Below are positions 54,401 to 64,000 of a DNA stretch of 64,000 bases, one piece after another. The DNA comes from Eubacteriales bacterium (GTDB lineage Bacteria; Bacillota; Clostridia; Christensenellales; CAG-138), in assembly GCA_035446965.1 (NCBI GenBank), contig DAOTGE010000003.1, positions 22,574 through 86,573 of the forward strand, read 5' to 3'. How positions within the stretch are numbered: position 1 is the stretch's first letter; each line of letters opens with the position of its first letter. The position numbers were made by a program, and so were the translations under genes. The notes below the pieces were generated by a model. That model had not been told where the DNA came from, searched no databases, and saw nothing but the letters and a program-made list of their open reading frames with translations.

Positions 54401-54598
54401 ATGAAAAAGGATATCCATCCCAAATTCGGCGAAGCTACGGTTCGCTGCGCATGCGGCGAGACCTTTACGACCGGTTCCACCAAAAAGGAGCTGACCGTTG
54501 AAATCTGCAGCAAATGCCATCCGTTTTTCACGGGCAAGCAGAAGCTTGTGGACAGCGGCGGTCGTGTGGACCGCTTCAAAAAGCGTTACGGACTGTAA
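54401..54598 (+). CDS. rpmE: 50S ribosomal protein L31 (Zn-ribbon, type A)
   Basis: MKKDIHPKF....V.C.CG..F.T.ST......VEICS.CHPF.TGKQK.VD..GRV.RF.KRY. The Cys pairs CAC and CSKC are retained. Confidence 0.97.
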   Translation: MKKDIHPKFGEATVRCACGETFTTGSTKKELTVEICSKCHPFFTGKQKLVDSGGRVDRFKKRYGL

Positions 54599-54611
54599 GC
54601 ACAGAAGTAAA

Positions 54612-54640
54612 AGCCTTCCCGCCACGGGAGGGCTTTTTCT
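54612..54640 (+). terminator. Intrinsic terminator after rpmE
   Basis: agccttcccg-cca-cgggagggct stem with one G:U pair, followed by ttttt. Confidence 0.65.
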
Positions 54641-54744
54641 TGCCGCTGACCACCAGATATGGTACAATTAACAACGCAAAAAATGAAGATGTGTCTTTTT
54701 GAACGAACTGCGATAGATGCGTCGGAAAACACGAGGACGAAAGA

Positions 54745-55740
54745 ATGAAAAGATGCTCGGTCGGCGGGCAGGCTGTCATGGAAGGTGTTATGATGCGCAC
54801 GCCGGACGGCGATGTCGCGCTTGCGGTGCGAAAGGCCGACGGCACGATAGAAACCGAATACTGCTCCAAGAAAAAGAAAAGCGAACATCCGATTCTGAAA
54901 TGGCCGGTCGTGCGCGGCGTAGTCGCGTTTATAGACGCGCTTGTGACCGGCATGAAGATGACGACGCGTTCCGCCGAGCTTTACGGCGAAGAAATCGAAG
55001 AAGAACCGAGCAAGTTTGAAAAATGGCTCGCTAAAAAGACGGGCAAGTCTGCAATGGACGTCGCTATCGTGGTCGCGGTGGTGCTGGCCATCGTCCTTGC
55101 GGTCGGGCTGTTCGTGTTTATTCCGTCGCTGGTGTCGCAACTGATCCCCTGGTCCGACGCGACGCCGCGCATCTGGAAGAGCCTTGCGGAGGGTTTTGCG
55201 CGGCTGCTGGTCTTCCTTTTGTATATATCCGCCATCGCTGCGATGAAGGACATCCGGCGTGTGTACATGTATCACGGCGCGGAACATAAAACCATCGCCT
55301 GCTATGAACACGAAAAGGAACTGACCCCGGAAAACGCCAAACAGTATTCAAGGCTGCATCCGCGCTGCGGGACGAATTATCTGTTCCTTGTTATGGCGGT
55401 TTCTATTCTGTTTTTTGCGGCACTGCCCTATGCGGAAAACTTTTTGCTGCGGCTTCTGACCCGCCTGATCTTCCTTCCGCTGGTAGCGGGGCTGGCATAC
55501 GAAGTGCTCAAACTCGCCGCCGCTTCGGACAAACTCTGGGCGCGCATCATCCGCGCGCCGGGGCTGGGATTGCAATACCTGACCACGCGAGAGCCGGACC
55601 TGGACATGATTGAAGTTGCGATCAAGGCGTTTAACCTTGCTATGAGCGGCGGAAAAAGCGACGAAGCGTTTGGCGAAGCGCTGGAAGCACGCGAAGAAAA
55701 GCCGGAAGAGGCTGAAAAGAAGGAGCCTGATCCTGCGTGA
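54745..55740 (+). CDS. DUF1385 domain-containing membrane protein
   Basis: VGGQAVMEGVMMR and YHGAEHK motifs and the TM core are present. Its position between rpmE and prmC is conserved. Confidence 0.88.
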   Translation: MKRCSVGGQAVMEGVMMRTPDGDVALAVRKADGTIETEYCSKKKKSEHPILKWPVVRGVVAFIDALVTGMKMTTRSAELYGEEIEEEPSKFEKWLAKKTGKSAMDVAIVVAVVLAIVLAVGLFVFIPSLVSQLIPWSDATPRIWKSLAEGFARLLVFLLYISAIAAMKDIRRVYMYHGAEHKTIACYEHEKELTPENAKQYSRLHPRCGTNYLFLVMAVSILFFAALPYAENFLLRLLTRLIFLPLVAGLAYEVLKLAAASDKLWARIIRAPGLGLQYLTTREPDLDMIEVAIKAFNLAMSGGKSDEAFGEALEAREEKPEEAEKKEPDPA

Positions 55741-56573
55741 GTATGACGGTTGCGGAAACGGTCCGCCTTGCCAAGCTGCGGCTTGAACCGCTGGCGGGCG
55801 AAGAGAGCGACCGCGAAGCGAAGCTCATGGTCGCGCAGCTTATCGGCGCGGAGCCTAGCGCGCTGTCGGTGCATACCTGGATGGACGTTACGGACGAGCA
55901 GCTTGTTGCGCTTGGCGCAATGATCGAGCGGCGCGAAACGGGAGAACCGCTCCAGTATATCCTTGGCGAATGGGCGTTTATGGGGTTTCCGTTTCTGACC
56001 GACAGCCGTGCGCTGATTCCGAGACAGGATACGGAACTGCTCTGCGAGACGGCGCAGGAGCGCATCGTGAACCGCGGGTACCGGAGTGTGCTCGACCTTT
56101 GCACAGGCAGCGGCTGTCTTGCGATTACGCTGCGCAAGCTCACCGGCGCGGACGTGGCAGGCGCGGACATAAGCCGCGACGCACTTGCGCTTGCAAAAGA
56201 AAACGCGGCGCTCAACGAAGCGGAAGTAACCTGGATCGAAAGCGACCTGTTTGAGAATGTTCCGGGGGCATACGATCTGATCGTCTGCAACCCGCCGTAT
56301 CTTTCCCAGGACGATATGGAGCATCTGCAGAAGGAAGTCGCGTTTGAACCCGCGCTCGCGCTGTTTGGCGGCGTAGACGGGCTGGCGTTTTACAGAAGGA
56401 TTGCGGCGGGATACCGCGCGCACCTGAAACCCGGCGGAACGCTGCTGCTGGAGATCGGAAGCACGCAGCGGCAAAGCGCCGCGCAGGCGTTTGAGAGCGG
56501 GGCGAAGACAAAAGTGCTGGACGATCTTTGCAAAATGCCGCGCGTACTGATCGTTGAGCCGGAAAACAAATAG
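55737..56573 (+). CDS. prmC: Peptide chain release factor N5-glutamine methyltransferase
   Basis: [18 protein letters not shown] and the NPPY box are present. GTG start overlaps the upstream stop (GTGA). Confidence 0.93.
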   Translation: MSMTVAETVRLAKLRLEPLAGEESDREAKLMVAQLIGAEPSALSVHTWMDVTDEQLVALGAMIERRETGEPLQYILGEWAFMGFPFLTDSRALIPRQDTELLCETAQERIVNRGYRSVLDLCTGSGCLAITLRKLTGADVAGADISRDALALAKENAALNEAEVTWIESDLFENVPGAYDLIVCNPPYLSQDDMEHLQKEVAFEPALALFGGVDGLAFYRRIAAGYRAHLKPGGTLLLEIGSTQRQSAAQAFESGAKTKVLDDLCKMPRVLIVEPENK

Positions 56574-56656
56574 AGAATCTGCCGACGCGCGGGATGTACC
56601 GCGCGCTTTACAGGCCGGAGCGGAAACTGAAACAACCGGCCTGCGACGGAGGGAAT

Positions 56657-57736
56657 ATGCTGGATAAACTGAAAGGAATTAAGGAACGCTACGAACTGCT
56701 TTCCAAGAAGCTTGCCGATCCGGGCGTTATGGAAGACCGTGACGCCTGGCGGGAGATGGCCAAGGAGCGCGCTTCGCTGGAAGAAATTGTGACTGCGTTC
56801 GACGAATATACGGAAACACAGGCCTCACTCGAGAGCTGCAAGGAGATGCTCGGCGAGCATCTTGACGCGGACATGAAGGAGCTTGTACACGCGGAAATTG
56901 CTGAGCTCGAACAAAAACTCGAATCGACGGAAGAAAAGCTGCACGTGCTGCTTCTGCCGAAAGACCCGAATGACGAGCGAGACGTAATCCTTGAAATCCG
57001 TGCGGGGACGGGAGGCGACGAAGCGTCGCTTTTCGGCGCGGACCTTCTGCGCATGTATCTGCGCTTTGCCGAACGCAACGGCTATAAAACCGAATATCTT
57101 TCCAGCAACATGACGGACATGGGCGGGGTTAAGGAAGTCGTGCTTTCCATCGGCGGACGGCGCGGCGCGTACAGCCGGCTGAAATACGAAAGCGGCGTAC
57201 ACCGTGTCCAGCGCGTGCCGGAGACGGAGTCCCAGGGACGCATCCACACCAGTGCGGCGACCGTTGCGGTGCTGCCGGAGGTGGACGACGTGCAGGTGGA
57301 CATTAAGGACGGCGATCTGCGCATCGACACATACCGCTCCAGCGGCGCGGGCGGACAGCACGTCAATAAAACCGAATCTGCAATCCGCATCACGCATCTG
57401 CCGACCGGCATGGTGGTGTCCTGTCAGGATGAAAAATCCCAGTTGAAAAACAAGGAGCAGGCCATGCGCGTGCTCAAGAGCCGTCTGTACGATTATTATT
57501 ATTCCAAACAGGAAGCAGAGCGCGCAGGCGCGCGCAAAAACCAGATTGGCTCTGGCGACCGCAGCGAACGCATCCGCACCTATAACTTCCCGCAGGGCAG
57601 GGTAACGGACCACCGCATCGGGCTGACGCTTTACAAGCTGGAAGCCTTTCTCGACGGAGATATGGACGAACTGATCGACGCGCTAATTCTGGCCGAGCGC
57701 AGCGAAAAGCTCTCGGGGGACGCGGAGCAACGATGA
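56657..57736 (+). CDS. prfA: Peptide chain release factor 1
   Basis: The ATG at 56657 follows GGAGGG. The stop-codon-recognition tripeptide is PET (VPETE) where RF1 canonically has PxT. GGQ motif is [14 protein letters not shown]. Confidence 0.97.
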   Translation: MLDKLKGIKERYELLSKKLADPGVMEDRDAWREMAKERASLEEIVTAFDEYTETQASLESCKEMLGEHLDADMKELVHAEIAELEQKLESTEEKLHVLLLPKDPNDERDVILEIRAGTGGDEASLFGADLLRMYLRFAERNGYKTEYLSSNMTDMGGVKEVVLSIGGRRGAYSRLKYESGVHRVQRVPETESQGRIHTSAATVAVLPEVDDVQVDIKDGDLRIDTYRSSGAGGQHVNKTESAIRITHLPTGMVVSCQDEKSQLKNKEQAMRVLKSRLYDYYYSKQEAERAGARKNQIGSGDRSERIRTYNFPQGRVTDHRIGLTLYKLEAFLDGDMDELIDALILAERSEKLSGDAEQR

Positions 57737-58806
57737 AACGCGAAGAGCCGGCCGAAAAAGAATACAGCACGCAGATTATCAACGTGGAGCGTCAGCCGGA
57801 AGCCGGAACGGAACAGGCCGCAAAGCTGATTCAAAACGGCGAACTGGTTGCTTTTCCGACGGAGACGGTATACGGCCTCGGCGCGGACGGCCTCAACGGC
57901 GAGGCGATACAAAAGATTTTTGAAGCGAAAGGCCGCCCCGCGGACAACCCGCTGATCGAGCACGTTGCAAAGCGGAGCGACGTGCGCGAGCTTTGGATGC
58001 ATATGCCTAAACAGGCAAACGCTTTGATGGATGCGTTCTGGCCGGGACCGCTGACGCTGATTGCGCAAAAAAGCGACCGGGTGCCGACGGAGGCAACTGC
58101 CGGGCTCGACACGGTCGCGGTGCGCATGCCGCTCAACAAAACGGCTCGATTCCTGATTAAAAAGGCAAACACGCCGATCGCCGCGCCGAGCGCAAACCGC
58201 TCCGGCAGGCCGAGCCCGACCACCGCGCGGCACGTGCTCGAGGACATGGACGGAAAAATCCCGCTGATACTCGACGGCGGACCCTGCAAATTCGGTGTGG
58301 AGTCGACGGTCCTTTCGCTGGTCGGCGAGCCGACCATCCTGCGCCCGGGCGCGGTCACAAAGGAGATGATCGAGTCCGTCATCGGGAGCGTGGACGTCTC
58401 CGGCAGCGTGCTGCACCCGATGCAAAAAGGCGAGGTTGCCGCGTCGCCCGGCATGAAATACAAACACTATGCGCCGGACGCGGAAGTGATCGTCGTCAAC
58501 GGCGAGCCGGAAAAGGTCGCCCGGACGATTAGCGCGCTCTACCGGCAGGCGGAAGCCGAGGGAACCGAGTGCGTTATCGCCGCGACGGAGCAGACGAAAA
58601 ACTTCTATCGGGGTAAGAAATATGTTATACTCGGCGATAGAGAAACGCCTGTCACGCTCTGCGCAAATCTGTTTTCCGCGCTGCGGGAAATGGACAAAGG
58701 CGCGGACCGGATATTTGCCGAGGGAATTCCAGCAGAAAACGAAGGGCTGGCCTATATGAACCGCCTTCTTCGCTCCGCCGGATTTCATGTAATCGAAGCA
58801 GAATAG
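57733..58806 (+). CDS. tsaC: L-threonylcarbamoyladenylate synthase (Sua5/YwlC type, with C-terminal SUA5 domain)
   Basis: [21 protein letters not shown] and SANRSG are present. An ATGA overlap links it to the prfA stop. Confidence 0.94.
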   Translation: MKREEPAEKEYSTQIINVERQPEAGTEQAAKLIQNGELVAFPTETVYGLGADGLNGEAIQKIFEAKGRPADNPLIEHVAKRSDVRELWMHMPKQANALMDAFWPGPLTLIAQKSDRVPTEATAGLDTVAVRMPLNKTARFLIKKANTPIAAPSANRSGRPSPTTARHVLEDMDGKIPLILDGGPCKFGVESTVLSLVGEPTILRPGAVTKEMIESVIGSVDVSGSVLHPMQKGEVAASPGMKYKHYAPDAEVIVVNGEPEKVARTISALYRQAEAEGTECVIAATEQTKNFYRGKKYVILGDRETPVTLCANLFSALREMDKGADRIFAEGIPAENEGLAYMNRLLRSAGFHVIEAE

Positions 58807-58836
58807 GGAAGATACATCAAAAGGGGGCGACACGAT

Positions 58837-59283
58837 ATGAAGATTGCAATTGCCTGCGACCACGGCGGATACGACATGAAGGAAAACCTCGCGGCGTACC
58901 TTCGCGAACAGGGGCACGAAGTGAAAGACTTCGGCAGCTACAGCTCGGAGAGCATCGATTATCCAGATTTCATATTCCCCGCGGCGGAAGCGGTCGCAAG
59001 CGGCGAATTTGAGCGCGGCGTCGTGGTCTGCACGACCGGCATCGGGGTGAGCATCTGCGCCAACAAGGTGAAGGGAATCCGCTGCGCGCTCTGTTCGGAC
59101 GAATATTCCGCAAGGATGACACGCGAACATAACGATACGAATATGATCGCGTTCGGCGGCAACGTTACGACCGTCGTGCGCGCACGCGAGATGCTTGAAA
59201 TTTGGCTGAAGACGCCGTTTTCCAACGGAGAACGGCACTGCCGCCGGATCGGCAAGATCAGCACCTACGAACAGACACACTGA
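58837..59283 (+). CDS. rpiB: Ribose-5-phosphate isomerase B
   Basis: MKIAIACDHGG, CTTGIGVSI.ANK and R.HN..N are present in a 148-aa protein. Confidence 0.95.
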   Translation: MKIAIACDHGGYDMKENLAAYLREQGHEVKDFGSYSSESIDYPDFIFPAAEAVASGEFERGVVVCTTGIGVSICANKVKGIRCALCSDEYSARMTREHNDTNMIAFGGNVTTVVRAREMLEIWLKTPFSNGERHCRRIGKISTYEQTH

Positions 59284-59338
59284 CGCGGCAAACCGCACCG
59301 CAGATTAACATTTGAAATATGCACTAAGGAGGCTCAAT

Positions 59339-59968
59339 ATGTCAAAAGTCACCACAATCGATCACCCGCTGGTCCAGCACAAACTCTCGCTGCTGCGGGA
59401 TAAGGACACCGGCTGCAAAGCGTTCCGCGAACTCGTTTACGAACTGGCCATGCTCATGGCTTATGAAGTAACCAGAGACCTGGAACTCAAGGAAATTGAA
59501 ATTGAAACGCCAATCTGTAAAACAACGGTGCAGACGCTGGCGAACGAAAAGATCGCAGTCATCCCGATTCTGCGCGCAGGGCTCGGCATGGCGGACGGCA
59601 TCATGAGCCTGATTCCCAACGCCAAAATGGGGCATATCGGCCTCTACCGCAACCCGGACACACTCCAGCCGACCGGCTATTACAGCAAGCTGCCGCAGGA
59701 CATTGCAGAGCGCGAGACGATCATTGTCGACCCGATGCTCGCGACCGGCAACTCCGGCAACGAAGCGATCCGGATTCTGAAGAATGCGAACACGGGGAGC
59801 ATTCGTTTTGTTTGCCTGATTGCGGCGCCGGAAGGGATTGAGGCCATGCAGAAGGCGAATCCGGACGTGGACATCTATGTTGCGCATATCGACGAAAAGC
59901 TCAACGAGCATGGCTACATCGTTCCCGGCCTCGGAGACGCGGGCGACCGTCTGTTCGGCACGAAATAA
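59339..59968 (+). CDS. upp: Uracil phosphoribosyltransferase
   Basis: The ATG at 59339 follows [34 protein letters not shown] and [14 protein letters not shown] are present. Confidence 0.97.
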   Translation: MSKVTTIDHPLVQHKLSLLRDKDTGCKAFRELVYELAMLMAYEVTRDLELKEIEIETPICKTTVQTLANEKIAVIPILRAGLGMADGIMSLIPNAKMGHIGLYRNPDTLQPTGYYSKLPQDIAERETIIVDPMLATGNSGNEAIRILKNANTGSIRFVCLIAAPEGIEAMQKANPDVDIYVAHIDEKLNEHGYIVPGLGDAGDRLFGTK

Positions 59969-60126
59969 TCACGAAAAACGGCGGATTGAACGAGCGGAAC
60001 CGGCGTTCGCAAAAAACAGCGGAAAAAGAAATGCGAATTTTTTCGTGAATTTTGTGGATTTTGTGCTAATATAAGAAATGTGCGTGAAAGCGCAGGATCT
60101 TTCAAACCGGATTCGTACCGCGGCCT

Positions 60127-60147
60127 AAAGAGCGCAAGGCGCTCTTT
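60127..60147 (+). promoter_or_regulatory. Stem-loop in the V-ATPase operon leader (late upp terminator or leader attenuator)
   Basis: Perfect 9-bp stem aaagagcgc-aag-gcgctcttt, about 55 nt upstream of the first ntp gene. A possible extended -10 TGcTAATAT lies at 60064-60072. Confidence 0.3.
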
Positions 60148-60204
60148 CTGGCATGTGGGACGGCACGGTTTGGTGAAACGATCCGTAGTATACGGAGGTT
60201 GATC

Positions 60205-60519
60205 ATGCGGTCGATTATCGATGAAATCGCAAAAGCGGAAGAACGAGCGGAGGAAATCCGCCAGAACGCGGCTGTTAAGGCGCGCGAAATGACCGCCGGC
60301 GCGAAGGAAGAAGCCGAGAAGGCGCTTGCTGCGCTGGACGCGGAGGAGCGTAAAAAGACGGAATCCGCGCTGAAGAAGGCGCAGGAAACCGGTGAAGAAA
60401 CGGCAAAAGAGACGCTTGCCGGAATGGAGCGCGAGGCGGACGAACTTTGCGCACACGCCGAAGAGCGTCTGGAAGGCGCGGTACGGTATTTGGTGGATCA
60501 GGTACAAAGCAGGGCATAG
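60205..60519 (+). CDS. ntpF: V-type ATPase peripheral-stalk subunit G (NtpF-like)
   Basis: About 104 aa, all-helical, A/E/K-rich (IIDEIAKAEERAEEIRQNA...). It is first in an ntpF-I-K-E-C gene order. The ATG at 60205 lies 6 nt after GGAGG. Confidence 0.7.
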   Translation: MRSIIDEIAKAEERAEEIRQNAAVKAREMTAGAKEEAEKALAALDAEERKKTESALKKAQETGEETAKETLAGMEREADELCAHAEERLEGAVRYLVDQVQSRA

Positions 60520-60522
60520 AGC

Positions 60523-62968
<2,446 letters not shown>

Positions 62969-62999
62969 GAAAGTTAACGGTACGATTAAGGAGCAGTCA

Positions 63000-63584
63000 A
63001 TGGCAACCATATCCATATCCGGAACGAACAAGCTTGCCGAGCGAATCGTCGGCGAGGCGGAGGCGGACGCAAAGAAAGTTCTGAGCGACGCCGAAGATAG
63101 CGTGCGTTCGATCCGAGCGGAGAGCGACAGGGCCGTATCCGAACAGCGCGCAAAACTCGCCGCAAAACGCGACGCCGCGGCAAAGAGCCTGCTCGACGGA
63201 TTCGTTACGCGTACCGCGCTCGACGGGCGGAAAAGCGCGCTTGCCAAGAAACGCGTCGTTATCGACAAGGCGTTCAGCGTGGCGTATACCGCGGTGATTG
63301 CGCTGGACGAAAACGCGAGGGCGGAGATCTGTAAAAAGCTGCTGCGCACCGAAGCGGAGGGTGGCGAAACGGTCGTGCCCGCCAAAGCCGACCGGGCGGG
63401 AGTTGCAAAGGCGATTGCCGCGATGCAGGACGTTTCGCTCAAGCTTTCGGAAAAAGACGCGGATATTGAAGGCGGATTCCTTCTCGTGAGCGGCAGCTAC
63501 GAGAAGGACTGCTCGTTCAAGTCGCTTATGAACGAAATCCGCAGTGACGAAGAAACAAACATCGCAAAGATGCTGTTCGACTGA
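63000..63584 (+). CDS. ntpE: V-type ATPase subunit E
   Basis: N-terminal long helix (AERIVGEAEADAKKVLSDAE...) and a C-terminal globular part ending GGF.L.....D.SF..L. Its operon position fits. Confidence 0.88.
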   Translation: MATISISGTNKLAERIVGEAEADAKKVLSDAEDSVRSIRAESDRAVSEQRAKLAAKRDAAAKSLLDGFVTRTALDGRKSALAKKRVVIDKAFSVAYTAVIALDENARAEICKKLLRTEAEGGETVVPAKADRAGVAKAIAAMQDVSLKLSEKDADIEGGFLLVSGSYEKDCSFKSLMNEIRSDEETNIAKMLFD

Positions 63585-63599
63585 TCGGAGGGAGGTTAC

Positions 63600-64000
63600 A
63601 TGCCACAGCCAAGTTACCCGTATGCATGCGCGCGCATCAGCGCGCTTGAAAAGGGACTCTTCAGCGGGCAGGCCCTCCGGAAGATGGCCGAAGGAAGCCT
63701 GGAGGATGCGATGCGGGCGCTGCTGGACGCGCGCTACGGCGGCATCCCGGAGGCGACCAGCGAAGACTGCGAACGGATGATTGAGAACGTGCGCAGACAG
63801 ACGGCGGAGACGATTCGTGAGCTTTCGCCCGACCCGCGGCTAACGGATTTATTCCTGCTGCAGTCCGACGTGCATAACCTGAAGGTTTTGATCAAGGCGC
63901 GGCTGCTTGGCACGAGCGATACGGTCCTGCTGGAAGGCGGGCTGTATCCGGTCGAAAAGTTGCGCGAAATGACAGCCGAGCAAAAGTACGAAGAACTGCC
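63600..64000 (+). CDS. ntpC: V-type ATPase subunit C (V0 d-type), 3'-truncated by the window edge
   Basis: This gene is not in the ORF track because it has no stop before the edge. The ATG at 63600 follows GGAGGGAGG. Translation is MPQPSYPYACARISALEKGLFSGQALRKMAEGSLEDAMRALLDARYGG...LFLLQSDVHNLKVLIKARLLG and stays open to position 64000. Confidence 0.85.
   Translation, partial: MPQPSYPYACARISALEKGLFSGQALRKMAEGSLEDAMRALLDARYGGIPEATSEDCERMIENVRRQTAETIRELSPDPRLTDLFLLQSDVHNLKVLIKARLLGTSDTVLLEGGLYPVEKLREMTAEQKYEEL

Noticed and set aside
57631-59298. A very long (555 aa) minus-strand ORF. Similar antisense ORFs occur at 23674-25239, 49134-50609, 41281-42630, 61093-62433, 19603-20784, 18027-19154, 55428-56474, 33389-34444 and 27837-28832.
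   Set aside because: Each lies exactly antisense to a plus-strand gene with unmistakable conserved motifs (sua5/rpiB, the S41 protease, htrA, recG, ntpI, deoB, recN/spo0A, prmC, the ABC binding protein, EF-G). Their translations are Arg/Ala/His/Pro-rich low-complexity sequences without motifs or RBSs. This is the usual artefact of stop-codon-poor antisense frames in GC-rich DNA.
59970-60049. A 10-bp long-range inverted repeat (tcacgaaaaa / tttttcgtga) downstream of upp.
   Set aside because: The ~60-nt loop makes an intrinsic terminator or a defined element doubtful. It may be chance pairing in an A/T-rich spacer. It is noted only as context for the V-ATPase leader.

Overview
This window is a visibly GC-rich, Gram-positive (Clostridia-type, possibly Oscillospiraceae-like; taxonomy is inference only) core chromosomal segment. 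It holds about 63 well-supported protein genes and is almost entirely housekeeping. The gene blocks follow the Bacillus/Clostridium pattern. Block 1 is dnaK-dnaJ. Block 2 is asp23-amaP-DUF2273-nusB-(TsaD-like)-xseA-xseB-ispA-dxs-tlyA-nadK-argR-recN-spo0A. Then come deoB-punA, thrC, an S41 protease, ahcY and an EF-G paralog. A minus-strand block carries uvrC-maf-xth. Next are a Crp/Fnr regulator with an NMT1-type ABC transporter, a hydrolase / NagB-like / UDG4 / yebC run, and yloU-yloV-recG. These are followed by an aminotransferase, mutS2, an OmpR-type response regulator with its histidine kinase and HtrA, and ppx-divIC on the minus strand. The last block is rho-rpmE-DUF1385-prmC-prfA-sua5-rpiB-upp, followed by the start of a V-type (ntpFIKEC...) ATPase operon that runs off the 3' edge. 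I saw no rRNA, tRNA, CRISPR array, transposase, integrase, phage genes or recognisable defence or toxin-antitoxin modules, and I cannot point to a convincing new multi-gene system. The oddities worth follow-up, in rough order, are: (1) a Rho factor with a ~180-residue Q/G/Y tandem-repeat prion-like insertion; (2) a Spo0A whose receiver lacks the Mg-binding Asp pair, at a locus missing spoIVB; (3) a ~258-bp hairpin-dense element bounded by ~50-bp imperfect inverted repeats, next to an AT-richer minimal P-loop ATPase gene; (4) an EF-G paralog with the catalytic His replaced by Tyr; (5) an orphan beta-class DNA methyltransferase in a GntR-regulated operon with YjbR; (6) a NagB-like protein with all catalytic residues substituted; (7) a TsaD/Kae1-like paralog embedded in the nusB-xseA operon. 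All family calls come from reading motifs in the translations by eye. No database search or numerical computation was run.
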